Source of the DNA: an uncultured bacterium
GTDB lineage: Bacteria > Desulfobacterota > Binatia > HRBIN30 > CADEER01
Reading direction: 5' to 3'
Assembly: GCA_902826395.1 (NCBI GenBank)
Contig: CADEER010000012.1
Coordinates: forward strand, 5,049-69,048
DNA: 64,000 nt
Of the stretch, positions 9,798 to 19,537 are shown one piece after another. How positions within the stretch are numbered: the first letter of the stretch is position 1; each line of letters begins with the position of its first letter. The position numbers were made by a program, and so were the translations under genes. The notes beneath the pieces were generated by a model. That model did not search any database and was not told where the DNA came from. It was given only the letters and a program-made list of their open reading frames with translations.

Positions 9798-11807
9798 TCA
9801 TCGCAACCTGACAGTGGGCACTGGACCCGCCGTTGGCGCGGCGGCAGTGGCCGCGACCTCTCTGATGGCGAACTCGCGGATGGTGAATTCCTCTTTGCCG
9901 AACCACATTTCGGCAGCTTGCTTCCCTTCGACGGTGAGTAACCCGATCTCGATGACGTGGGTGCCGGGGCCGATCGATCTCGGCAAGACCAGGTCGTAGT
10001 TCTCGAGAATGAGGTCCTGCTCGCGCAGCGGGCCGAACTCCGCCTGGTAGCGTGCCAGGTTGCCGAACCCCATCACGTGAGTGTCGAAGATCGCGCCGTC
10101 GATGCGAACCAGTACCGTGTAGCGAGCGGCCCCGACGAACGTCCATTTCAGCTCGAGGCGCAAGCGCGTCCGCGGCGGTTTCTCGATGGCCCTCACGTTT
10201 CGAGCGGCGAGCTCGACGGGTTGCTTGCCGGGGAAGCCACCCGGCGGCGGCGGGCGTCTCACGACGAGTCGCGGCGGCATGCGATCGACGCGGTACAGGA
10301 CGAGGCCCCTGGTCTGATCTCCCACCAGCTCCGGCGCCATCCAGGCGTTGGGCGGGAAGGGCGAGCGTGTGAAGGCCTCTTTCGGGCGGCCGTCCTTCAG
10401 CCTGAGCGTCGAGTACACAGGCTCGGGTGGCATGCGCAGTCGCTTGGGAAGAGAGTGAATCGTGACATCAGGGCGCCAGCCGAGGACCCTCTGAAAATAG
10501 TTGGCGCCCTGACCGAAGACACCGGCGCCGGGTGCCAGGTAGGCTTTGTGCGGCAGGTACACGAAGACGGTTTCGTAGAAGTCTTCGAAGGACGTGTCAT
10601 CCGTTCGATCGTTCTCCGCGAAGCTCGCCCGACACACGAAGATCGACCAGGTGCCGAGCAGCGCGACCAGTGCGACCTGCGCCGCGCGGCGTGCCGTTTG
10701 GCGGTCGGAGTCGATGCGAGACATCGCGGAGACCCAGATGGCTTCGGTTCCAAAACCCAGAAAGATCGCCCAGGCGATGTAGCTGGGCAGGAAGAAGACT
10801 TGCGTGTCGGTCGCATACACCTGCATCGCGATCGTGACGTTGACGGCGAAGAGGCCGCCGAAGAGCAGGAAGCGCTGCTTGTGAGCGCGCCACAGTGCCC
10901 TGATGCCGACCGCCCCAATCGCAATGCCGATGAGAGTGAAGTTCTCGTTGAGCCGGGCCAGGTAATAGAGGAATCGCGCCGGCAGCTTGTACCATGGGAA
11001 GGCGAAGCGAAGGTTGGAGAACGCTCCCAGGGTGTAGTTGTAGAACGCCTCCAGCGAGTCCGGCGGCGGATTGGGGAACGGCGCGGTATGCGCCATCAGA
11101 GGTAGCCAGACGTACTGCGACAGCCCGACCAGGAATACGAGAAAGCCGGCCGCGATGGTCATCGGCCGCTTAAGGATCGCGGTGTCGGTGGCCAGGATGA
11201 ACAGAGCGAATACGGCGCCGAAGGCGAGATTCGAAGTGTGACAACCCAGGGATATTCCATAGGCGAGCGCAAACTTGACGAAGGCCGCGGTCGAGCGGGT
11301 TTGCGCCCAGCCGAGTAGGAACCAGATGACCAGCGACAGGGCGAGAGCGTTGAGGGTGTACACCTCGGTGATGACCGCTTGCGACCAGAATGTCGTGCCG
11401 ATGCCGAACAGCATGGCGGCAAACGCCGCCGCTGCGGGACGCAGCCCCACCCGGCGCGCGACCGCGAAGATCGCGATCACCGCGCTCGCTGCATAGACGG
11501 CGGACAAGAAGTTGGTGCGATAGGCCAGCTCGCCGAACGGGAACAGCAGCGTGAACAAGTGGCCGAGCCAGGTGTAGAGCGGATAGCCGGTGCGGCGAGT
11601 CAATCGCAGCTCGGCGATCGCCATCGTGAACTCGTGGGTGTCGCCGGGTGGGTTGAGCGGATCGACCCGGAAACCCAGCCCGGGCGTCAGCGTCGACCAG
11701 TAGACGAACAGGTGGAAGCCGAAGAGTGCCAGGGCAATCGCCAGATCGGCGCGTCGAACCGCAGTCGCCGCGCCCGGCGATGGTTCACGAACTTCGGAGG
11801 ACTCCAC
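9798..11807 (-). CDS. DUF2723/TMEM260-like GT-C membrane glycosyltransferase-like protein
   Basis: The 669-aa ORF is a multi-TM protein with a ~250-aa soluble C-terminus. A D-T-H-E-F motif (PPGDTHEF) follows TM1, resembling the D(S/T)xE(F/L) signature of DUF2723. Confidence 0.65.
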   Translation of the reverse strand: MESSEVREPSPGAATAVRRADLAIALALFGFHLFVYWSTLTPGLGFRVDPLNPPGDTHEFTMAIAELRLTRRTGYPLYTWLGHLFTLLFPFGELAYRTNFLSAVYAASAVIAIFAVARRVGLRPAAAAFAAMLFGIGTTFWSQAVITEVYTLNALALSLVIWFLLGWAQTRSTAAFVKFALAYGISLGCHTSNLAFGAVFALFILATDTAILKRPMTIAAGFLVFLVGLSQYVWLPLMAHTAPFPNPPPDSLEAFYNYTLGAFSNLRFAFPWYKLPARFLYYLARLNENFTLIGIAIGAVGIRALWRAHKQRFLLFGGLFAVNVTIAMQVYATDTQVFFLPSYIAWAIFLGFGTEAIWVSAMSRIDSDRQTARRAAQVALVALLGTWSIFVCRASFAENDRTDDTSFEDFYETVFVYLPHKAYLAPGAGVFGQGANYFQRVLGWRPDVTIHSLPKRLRMPPEPVYSTLRLKDGRPKEAFTRSPFPPNAWMAPELVGDQTRGLVLYRVDRMPPRLVVRRPPPPGGFPGKQPVELAARNVRAIEKPPRTRLRLELKWTFVGAARYTVLVRIDGAIFDTHVMGFGNLARYQAEFGPLREQDLILENYDLVLPRSIGPGTHVIEIGLLTVEGKQAAEMWFGKEEFTIREFAIREVAATAAAPTAGPVPTVRLR

Positions 11808-11967
11808 GGGGCGATCACGCTAGGAAAAGCCGTTGCTTCGCGCAACGCGCGGCACTCCACCGGGATGTCCTTGAACGGGCGCACCGCGCTGCGCTAATGA
11901 CCGGCACCGACATGAGCCCGACAACGATCGAGCGCACGGCGGTCGCCGCCGCGCTGCCGCGGAGTCG

Positions 11968-12936
11968 GTGAGGTCGCCGGTGGCGGTCTCGCGGTGGATG
12001 CCGCGTTTCATCGGCCCTCTCGTCCTCGTCGCGATCCTGCTGACCCTGGACGTCGGCGACGTCGCGGTCGCTCTGCGGCGGGTCGATCTGATGGCGCTCG
12101 CCGGGGCCTGTCTGGCGGTGCTGCCGACCGTGCCGTTCCGTTCGTCGCGCTGGCGAATGTTGGTGGAGGCGGGTGGAGCCGAGTTGGGGGGGATGGAAGC
12201 GCTGCATGCCTATGCGTTCTCGATCGTCGCCGGGGCCGCGACGCCGGGGCGTCTCGGGGAGCTCGTCAAAGTCGGTCATTTGCGAAATCGCGGTGTGCCG
12301 GCCAGCACGGCGCTGCTGAGCGTCTCGCTGGATCGCCTGTTCGATGTGGTGTTCCTGATCGTCGTCGGCGCCGGTGCCGTTGTCGCGGTTTCCGGTCTGC
12401 GATCGCCATGGCTCATCGCGGCGGCCTCGGGCGGCGCGGCTCTCTCGTGCGGCGCTGTGATTGCGATCGTCTTGAGCGAGCGCGGCAGTGCAGTTCCGCT
12501 GGCGATCCTGACGCGGTTGGTGCCGGCGCGGTGGTCGCAGCGCGTTGCGAGATTGCTCGAATCAACCGCCGCGCAGGCGAAGAAGCTGCCGCGGCGGACG
12601 CTGACGATGTGCGGTGTCCTGACTGCGCTGACCTGGCTCGCTACGTATTTCGCCGTCTATCTGTGCGCCGTCGGCTTGCGGCTCGACGTGCCCTTCCTCG
12701 ACGTCTGCGGCGTAACGGCGGTGTCGTCGCTGGTGACATTCCTACCGATCTCCATTCTCGGCCTCGGCACGCGCGACGCGGCGCTCATCGCGCTGCTTGC
12801 GCCGTACGGTGTTGCCGCCAGCGACGCAGTGGCGCTGTCGGCGCTGTATCTAGGCATCACACTGTGGGTAGTGCTCGCCTGCGCCTATTCCCTGCTGACC
12901 CCGGCAGCACGCGCCTGGAAGCGTGGCTGGACGTGA
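11968..12936 (+). CDS. Flippase-like domain protein (lysylphosphatidylglycerol-synthase TM region family, PF03706-like)
   Basis: The ~320-aa ORF has 8 TM helices. The Gly-rich helical pattern is typical of the MprF flippase-domain/UPF0104 family. The start is either GTG 11968 or ATG 11998. Confidence 0.6.
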   Translation: MRSPVAVSRWMPRFIGPLVLVAILLTLDVGDVAVALRRVDLMALAGACLAVLPTVPFRSSRWRMLVEAGGAELGGMEALHAYAFSIVAGAATPGRLGELVKVGHLRNRGVPASTALLSVSLDRLFDVVFLIVVGAGAVVAVSGLRSPWLIAAASGGAALSCGAVIAIVLSERGSAVPLAILTRLVPARWSQRVARLLESTAAQAKKLPRRTLTMCGVLTALTWLATYFAVYLCAVGLRLDVPFLDVCGVTAVSSLVTFLPISILGLGTRDAALIALLAPYGVAASDAVALSALYLGITLWVVLACAYSLLTPAARAWKRGWT

Positions 12937-12958
12937 GCGTTATCCGAGCCGCGCGACA

Positions 12959-15055
12959 CTAGCGCGGGGCGGGCGGGTCCACCGCCGACTTCGCCAGCAC
13001 GAGAATCTGTTCGCGGCCGATCAAGATCTCGGGATCGCCGGCGATGCTGAGAGTTACGTCGTATCGGTTGTGCGAGACACCGACGATCTTGGCGTCGACG
13101 GCGATGTCGGTCGTACGTTCGGCTGCCAGGGCCAGCGGTAGCAGGCCCCGCACGGACTCCTCGTGCGCGACTTTGCGACCGCGCTTCCAGGTGACGCGGA
13201 AGGTCGTCGGCTCGATCGGATCCGCGTGGCGGAACGTCGCCGCACCTGCCTTGACGCCGAACCGCAGCCCCTTTTCGCCGAGGATCGACGGCAGGCGGCC
13301 GCGGCTGGCGATCGAGAGCGAGCGCACGTCCGTGGTGATCGGACCGTCCGCGACCAGACGCGCCACGCGCACCGTCTCGCCGGCTGCGATCGGTATCAGA
13401 TGAGGTCCGTCCGGCTCGCGGAGCGCCTCGAGGATTGCGTCGGCTCGGCGGCGCTCGCCGCTGATGTTTTGTACGTGAAAGATGACGTTGCGGAAGCCGA
13501 GAGCCCACAGCTCGCGGGCTGCGTCGGGATCGGGCAGGCGCCGCGCGATCGCGTTCACCTCATGCTGCACTGGAGTCAGGAACGACGATTTGCACGAGCT
13601 GACGCGCTGCTGGTGGTAGGCGCCGAGCAACACGTAGCGACTGAGATGACCTGCCCACAGAAAGCTGTAGTTGCCGGGAAGATCGAGCACCGGGCCGGGC
13701 GGTAGATCGCGCACGGCGACGAGGTCCGCCTCCGGCGGCCGCATCGGGAACGGCGCCGATGGGATGGGTTGGCCGAACGTCCAGTCGGCCCACGCCGGCG
13801 TCATGATCTCGGCCGCGCATACCAGCGCGATGATCGCAAAGGCGCTTGCCCGTCGCCATGACGCGCCGCGCTCTGGCGAAGCAACGGCATCCGCCAGCGC
13901 GCGAGCTCCGTACGCCGCCAGCAGCGCCAGTGGAACGATGATGCCGACGAATACGTTGTTGGGTGCCCGAATGGCTCCCAGTCCCGGTACCCACGACTGC
14001 GCCAGAGAGCGCAGCGAAGGCACGTTAAAGCCGGCCCAGGAGGTCGGTAGAGGAAGGACGAACCAGGTGACGGCGAACGCCGCCAGCGCCAGCGCCAAGC
14101 GCGGGTCATGGACGCGACGCCGCGGCTTGCCGAGAAAGCGATCAAGCAGGCCGATGGCGGCCAGCAGCAGCAGGCTGTTGCCGGGGTAGAGCCCGTGGCC
14201 GAGGAAGACTTGCGTGGGAAACGCCCAGGCTCTGCGACCCTCGAGAATTCCCCATGCCTCGCGCGTGCCGAGGTACGGACCGAGCGCCGCCCACGCCGTG
14301 CCCGCGATAGGTAGTGTCGCGAGGAGCAGCTGCGGCAAGATCTTCGGTAGCGTCCGCCAATGCTTGAAGCACAGGTAAGTGCCGTAGATGCCCACGATCA
14401 AGGCGTAGTGCAGGAGCACGTACATGCTCTCGAGACATTGTGCGGAGCCGACAGCAGCGAGCATGACGGCGTATCGCCACTGGCGGCGCGTGAAGACGAG
14501 ATCGAGCAGCAAGAGAACCAGCGGCATCCACTCGTTGGCGCGCACCGAAGGATGCTGCAGATCGAGCAGGCGCATCGGATGAAAGCCGAACAACAGCCCG
14601 GCGATCATTGCGGCTGCGCTGTTGCCCGTCCAGTAGAGCGCCAGCGCATACATGGAAAGGGCGGCGATCCAGGGTTTGAATGCGCCGACGAAGTTATAGG
14701 TGATCACCGGATCGCCGGAGAACAGGTACACCGGGAGTCCCTGCAACCCCTCGCCCAACATGTGCTCGCCGAAGGTGACGCTGTCGGCGCTCGGATGGCA
14801 CATGGCGCCGTCGAAGAACTCGAGCGGCCGCGTCGACAGCGTGCGCGCCGCGTAGACCAGTTGAGTGAGTCCGCGGGTCATATCACTGCCCACCAGTTCA
14901 GCTGGATAGCGGCTGGACTGCATAACGGGATCGAAGTTCACGACGGTCGCCGGGTGATCCAGAACCGCGCGGTTGCACCACAGGGCAACGACCGTGAAAA
15001 GCGCGACAGCCACTAGGTGGCGCGGCCACCTTGCGGAAACCCAATCGCCGCTCAT
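12959..15055 (-). CDS. Large GT-C/YfhO-like membrane protein, paralog 1 of 3
   Basis: The 698-aa ORF has an N-in TM1, a ~100-aa extracytoplasmic loop carrying a conserved FFDGAMCHP...FGEHMLGEGL block, ~12 more TM helices, and a ~300-aa C-terminal soluble domain (AYHQQRVSSCKSSFLTPVQ...ELWALGFR). It overlaps the upstream paralog by 4 nt. Confidence 0.8.
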   Translation of the reverse strand: MSGDWVSARWPRHLVAVALFTVVALWCNRAVLDHPATVVNFDPVMQSSRYPAELVGSDMTRGLTQLVYAARTLSTRPLEFFDGAMCHPSADSVTFGEHMLGEGLQGLPVYLFSGDPVITYNFVGAFKPWIAALSMYALALYWTGNSAAAMIAGLLFGFHPMRLLDLQHPSVRANEWMPLVLLLLDLVFTRRQWRYAVMLAAVGSAQCLESMYVLLHYALIVGIYGTYLCFKHWRTLPKILPQLLLATLPIAGTAWAALGPYLGTREAWGILEGRRAWAFPTQVFLGHGLYPGNSLLLLAAIGLLDRFLGKPRRRVHDPRLALALAAFAVTWFVLPLPTSWAGFNVPSLRSLAQSWVPGLGAIRAPNNVFVGIIVPLALLAAYGARALADAVASPERGASWRRASAFAIIALVCAAEIMTPAWADWTFGQPIPSAPFPMRPPEADLVAVRDLPPGPVLDLPGNYSFLWAGHLSRYVLLGAYHQQRVSSCKSSFLTPVQHEVNAIARRLPDPDAARELWALGFRNVIFHVQNISGERRRADAILEALREPDGPHLIPIAAGETVRVARLVADGPITTDVRSLSIASRGRLPSILGEKGLRFGVKAGAATFRHADPIEPTTFRVTWKRGRKVAHEESVRGLLPLALAAERTTDIAVDAKIVGVSHNRYDVTLSIAGDPEILIGREQILVLAKSAVDPPAPR

Positions 15056-17208
15056 TGCCGGTCCCCTGGAGCTGAGCCGCGGAGCGCACCCTTCGGTGAT
15101 TGCACTGCTTTCGGTTTAGCCGGGCGCACGACGATGCGTTCGACGCCGAGCACATGCGCCGACTCATCGGCGAGTGCGAAGGTCACGTCATATTTGCCGA
15201 GCGCCGTCGGCGCGGTCGCTTTGACGACCACGTCGACGGTGCGACCGGGCGCCAGTGTGATGGGCAACAGTCCTCGGGCGACCTCGGTGTGCACCACCGT
15301 CTGGTCGCGCCGCCAGGTCACGAGCAACTCGGTCGGCTGGATGGGATCGGGATGGCGAAACGTCGCACCGGTGCTGGTGACGCCGAACGGAACGCCGATA
15401 CCGCCGGCATGGGCCGGCAGGCGCGGCGCGGGCGCCGGCGAGAGCGAGTCGAGATCTCGCGAGATCGGTCCATCGGCCACCAAACGCGCTATGCGAATGG
15501 TGTCGCCGGCCGGCAGCGGCACCAGGTGCGCGCCCGCGGCCGGGTCGGCGAGTCCGTTCAGAATCCGGTCGGTGTCGGCGCGGATGCGCTCGATGTCCTG
15601 CGCATGGAAGACGATGCTGCGGAAGCCGAGTGCCCACAGCTCGCGCGCCGCGTCGACGTCGGGTAGCCGCTCGGCGATGCGATTGACCTCGAACTGGATG
15701 GGTGTGTGAAACGACGCCTTACAGGTCGATATGCGGTGCTGGTGGTAGGAGCCGAGCAGCACGTAGTCGCTCAGCTCGCCGATCCAGAAGAAGTTGTAGT
15801 TGCCGGGTAAATCCAACACTGGACCGGGCGGCAGATTGCGCGCGGCCGCGAGATCGCCCTCGGGCGGTCGCAGCCGATAGGTGGCGGCAGGCAGCGCGGC
15901 TCCGAAGCTGCGCCGTGCGACGGCAGGTACGAAGACCTCGATCGCACAAGCTAGCGCGAGCACCGCCAGCGCGATGCCGCGCGCCGCGCTGCCGACCCGG
16001 GTCTCCATGGCGCGAATACCGTAGGCGGCGAGCACCGCCAGAGGCACGATGGCGGCAAAGAATACTTTGTCGGGTGCTCGCACCGCGGCGACACCCGGCA
16101 CATACGAACGCATCAAGTCGCCGAGTGACGGCACGCCGAACTGCGTGCCCGGTACCTGGAGTGGGAACAGGAACCATACCGCCGCCAGCGCTGCGGCAGT
16201 CAGGGGCAATCGCGGGTCGACGGGTCGCTCGCGAGTTTTTCCGAACAGTCGGTCGGCGAGACCCAGCAATGCGAGCAGCGACAGGCAAACGCCAGCGAAG
16301 TAGCGGCCTCCGAACCAGAAGAACCAAGGCGGCCCCTGGAAACCGCCGGGGCGATCGACGAATCCCCAGATCCGGCGGGTCTCGAGATATGGACCGAGTG
16401 CCCACGCCATGGTTACCGCGATGGCAGCGGCGACCGGCACCAGGCGGGGCAGGATCACCGCCAGCGCCGTCCGGTACTTCCAAAGCAGATAGAGTCCGTA
16501 GCTGCCGACGACCAATGCATACTGGATCAGCACGTACATGCTCGACAGCGCCTGCACCGAGGCGAATAGCGCCAGCGCCAGCGCGTCGCGCCAGCGACGT
16601 CGCGCGAAGACGCGGTCGAGAAAGAGCAGAATCAGGGGAATCCATTCGTTGCCGACCACCGACGGGTGTGCGGCATCGCTCAACCTCAGTGGATGGAAGC
16701 CGAACAGAAACCCGGCTAGCAGCGCCGCCCCCCAGCTCGACGTCCAGTGATAAGCCAACGCGTACATCCCCGCGGCGGCGATCCAGGGTTTGATCGTGGC
16801 GACGAAGTTGTAGGTGATGACCGGATCGTCCCAGAGGAGCTGGACCGGCGCGCCGACGATGCCGTCGGCGAGCATGTGCTCTCCGAACGCCACGCCATCG
16901 ACCGGATAGCACATCCACCCGGTGAAGAAGTCCTGCGGCGCGGTGGGCAGAGTCCTCGCGACATACGAAAGCTGTGCGACGCCGCGTTTGAGGTCGCTCG
17001 CCGCGAACTCGACCAGTTTGTCGAGATCGCGCTGCGACTTTCGCGGGAAATCGACGGATGGATCGTAGGTGACTACCGTGGCCGGATCGTTCAGCACGGC
17101 GCGCGAGTTCCACAGGGCGGCGCTCGCGAAGACGCACATCCCCAGCAGGTGCAATCCCCAGCGCATCATGGTCGGGCGAACTCTCATCCAGCAGGCGGGA
17201 CGGCGCAA
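15052..17208 (-). CDS. Large GT-C/YfhO-like membrane protein, paralog 2 of 3
   Basis: The 718-aa ORF is collinear with paralog 1 and ~55-65% identical by eye (FFTGWMCYP...FGEHMLADGI; SYHQHRISTCKASFHTPIQ...ELWALGFR). Confidence 0.8.
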   Translation of the reverse strand: MRRPACWMRVRPTMMRWGLHLLGMCVFASAALWNSRAVLNDPATVVTYDPSVDFPRKSQRDLDKLVEFAASDLKRGVAQLSYVARTLPTAPQDFFTGWMCYPVDGVAFGEHMLADGIVGAPVQLLWDDPVITYNFVATIKPWIAAAGMYALAYHWTSSWGAALLAGFLFGFHPLRLSDAAHPSVVGNEWIPLILLFLDRVFARRRWRDALALALFASVQALSSMYVLIQYALVVGSYGLYLLWKYRTALAVILPRLVPVAAAIAVTMAWALGPYLETRRIWGFVDRPGGFQGPPWFFWFGGRYFAGVCLSLLALLGLADRLFGKTRERPVDPRLPLTAAALAAVWFLFPLQVPGTQFGVPSLGDLMRSYVPGVAAVRAPDKVFFAAIVPLAVLAAYGIRAMETRVGSAARGIALAVLALACAIEVFVPAVARRSFGAALPAATYRLRPPEGDLAAARNLPPGPVLDLPGNYNFFWIGELSDYVLLGSYHQHRISTCKASFHTPIQFEVNRIAERLPDVDAARELWALGFRSIVFHAQDIERIRADTDRILNGLADPAAGAHLVPLPAGDTIRIARLVADGPISRDLDSLSPAPAPRLPAHAGGIGVPFGVTSTGATFRHPDPIQPTELLVTWRRDQTVVHTEVARGLLPITLAPGRTVDVVVKATAPTALGKYDVTFALADESAHVLGVERIVVRPAKPKAVQSPKGALRGSAPGDRQ

Positions 17209-17246
17209 CCTTCCGGGATTCTCCGGCTCGAGGTGCAGCCTGCGAC

Positions 17247-19283
17247 CTACTCGATGACTTTCACGCGTTGCGTCCCGATGATGTGTTCCGGTTGAGCTAC
17301 CGGTGCCAGGGTCACCTGGTAGATCGCGGCCTCGCGAGGTGCGCGATCCGCAACGACGATTTCGGTCTTGTGTCCGGGCGCGAGAGCGAGCGGCAGCAGA
17401 ACCCGCTGCTGCGTGGTCTGCGCAACGGCATCGTCACGGTTCCAGCGCACGACGACTTCCGTCGGCTGTACCGGATCTGGGTGTCGGAACGTCCTGCCGC
17501 CGGCGCTCTGCACGCCGAAGCGCGGCGCGATGTCGGAATTGGCCAGAACCGACCGCTTGCGAGCGACCGGCGCGAGCGAGGCGAAGTCGCTCGTCGTCGG
17601 CCGACCGGCCTCCAGGCGATACACTCGAAGCGTTGCGCCCGATGCGATCGGCTGTAGTCGAGGTCGTGCGTCGGCCCTCGACAATCGTTCGATGATCTCG
17701 TCGGCACGGCGTCGACGATCTTCGTCCTTCTGTCCGGAGAAGATGATCGTTCGCAGGCCGAGTGCCCAGAGCTCCTGGGCCGCGCGCGAGCTTGGCAAGC
17801 GGTCGACGATCGCGGCGATCTCGGTCTGCACCGGGGTTACGAAGGATGCCCGGCACGCTGCGAGCCGGCGTCGATGGTAGGCGCCGAGGAGCGCGTTGTG
17901 ACTCATGAAGAGTGAGCTCGCGCCTTGGTAGGACAACGGTATGTCGAGAACGGGTCCGGGCGGCAGATCGCGCAGCGCCGCCAGATCCTCCGCCGCAGGT
18001 CGGACGTGCAGCGTCGACGTCGGCAGCGGAGATCCAAAACTCACGCTCGCCAATCGGGGATGGAACACCTCGGCGGCGCAGCCCAGCGCGAGACCGGCGC
18101 TGGCCATGATCCGCGTCCTCGGCGAGAGCTTCTCGACCAGGGCCAGCACTCCGTAGGCGGCCATCAAGCCGAGGGGCGCGACGACGAGGAAGTACACGTT
18201 GCCCGGTGCGCGCACCGCATCGAGGCCGGGAAGCCAGGCGCGCAAGAGACGGTCGAGGGACGGCACCGCGAAGTCGGTGCCCGGCACTTGCCATGAGAGC
18301 ACGAACCAGCTCGCCGCCAATGCGAGTGCGGCCATCGGCAGTCGCGGGTCGTGTCCGAGTCGCGATCTAGCTCCGCGCAGCCGGTCCAGCATGCCGACGG
18401 AAGCGAGAATGAGCAGGCCGATCCCGACAAATCGGTGACCGCCGAAATGGACGAACTTCGACACAGTCGGAAAACCCACGCGGTCTTGCAGGACGCCCCA
18501 GATCTCGCGAGTCACCAGATAGGGTCCGAGTACCCAGAAGCCGCTTGCCCCGAGCGCAACCACCACCAGCGCCAGCTTGGGCAGGAGACCTGCTAGCTCG
18601 CCGCGGAATCGCCAAGACAAATAGGTTCCGTAGATGCCGCCGACCAGCGCGAGCTGGAGAACCACGTAGAAGCTCTCGAGAATCTGCAACGCCACGAGCG
18701 CGGCGAGGAGCAGTGCGTCCCGCCAGCGCCTGTTTGCGAAGAGTAACTGTAGTGCGAGCAGAATTGCCGGAAGGATCTCGTTGCCCACCACGGATGGGTG
18801 CGCGAGGTCGCGCAGGCGCATGGGGTGGAAGCCGAACAGAAATCCGGCGATCAGCGCCGCCCCGGAGCTTCCCGTCCAGTAGTACGCCAGCGCGTACATG
18901 CTCACGGCCCCGATCAAGGGCCGCGCAATGACTACGAAGTTGAACGTGACTACGGGGTCGTTCGACAGCAGGTATGCCGGGGCGCCCAGCAGGCCCTCGC
19001 CGAGCATGTGCTCTCCCAGGCTGACGCTGTTCGGAGTCGGGTAACACATCGGGCCTTCGAAGAATCGCCACGGTTCGCGCGTGAGAATTCGGCTGGCATA
19101 GGCCGTCTGGGCGATGTTCCGCCGCACGTCGGATGCCAAGAGGGGACTGTCGGGATAGCTGACCGTGACGAGCGCGGACGGATCTCGCAGCACGGCGCGC
19201 GACGGCCAGAGAGCGGCGATTGCGAACGCACCAACCGCCAGAGCGTGGATTGCAGGGTGTGTTCGCCTACCGGATATGATCAT
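17247..19283 (-). CDS. Large GT-C/YfhO-like membrane protein, paralog 3 of 3
   Basis: The 678-aa ORF has the same architecture (FFEGPMCYP...LGEHMLGEGL; AYHRRRLAACRASFVTPVQ...ELWALGLR). It is the first gene of the three-gene minus-strand operon. Confidence 0.8.
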   Translation of the reverse strand: MIISGRRTHPAIHALAVGAFAIAALWPSRAVLRDPSALVTVSYPDSPLLASDVRRNIAQTAYASRILTREPWRFFEGPMCYPTPNSVSLGEHMLGEGLLGAPAYLLSNDPVVTFNFVVIARPLIGAVSMYALAYYWTGSSGAALIAGFLFGFHPMRLRDLAHPSVVGNEILPAILLALQLLFANRRWRDALLLAALVALQILESFYVVLQLALVGGIYGTYLSWRFRGELAGLLPKLALVVVALGASGFWVLGPYLVTREIWGVLQDRVGFPTVSKFVHFGGHRFVGIGLLILASVGMLDRLRGARSRLGHDPRLPMAALALAASWFVLSWQVPGTDFAVPSLDRLLRAWLPGLDAVRAPGNVYFLVVAPLGLMAAYGVLALVEKLSPRTRIMASAGLALGCAAEVFHPRLASVSFGSPLPTSTLHVRPAAEDLAALRDLPPGPVLDIPLSYQGASSLFMSHNALLGAYHRRRLAACRASFVTPVQTEIAAIVDRLPSSRAAQELWALGLRTIIFSGQKDEDRRRRADEIIERLSRADARPRLQPIASGATLRVYRLEAGRPTTSDFASLAPVARKRSVLANSDIAPRFGVQSAGGRTFRHPDPVQPTEVVVRWNRDDAVAQTTQQRVLLPLALAPGHKTEIVVADRAPREAAIYQVTLAPVAQPEHIIGTQRVKVIE

Positions 19284-19537
19284 CTGCCTGGTGCGGTGTT
19301 CGATCCCGGACAGCCTGCTCGAATCGGTCCGTCATGGCGGATATGCCCGGTGGCCGTTCGGCTTCGCTGGCAATACGGATGTGGTTCTTGGTAGACAAGC
19401 CGACGGCACCGAGTCGACCGATCTTTCCGATCGGGGCGAGGCGAACGAAGGGGCACCAGGATGAGGTCGCCCAGGATCCGTCGCCCATGGTCGATCACCG
19501 GTAGTAGTTCCATGAAAAGTGAATGCAGGAGAGGTTC

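Noticed and set aside
19284-19537. tRNA-like TPsiC-loop sequence (gtgttcgatccc) in the divergent intergenic region between paralog 3 and sqdB
   Set aside because: The flanking bases do not form a T-stem, acceptor stem or anticodon arm. There is no cloverleaf and it is not a tRNA.
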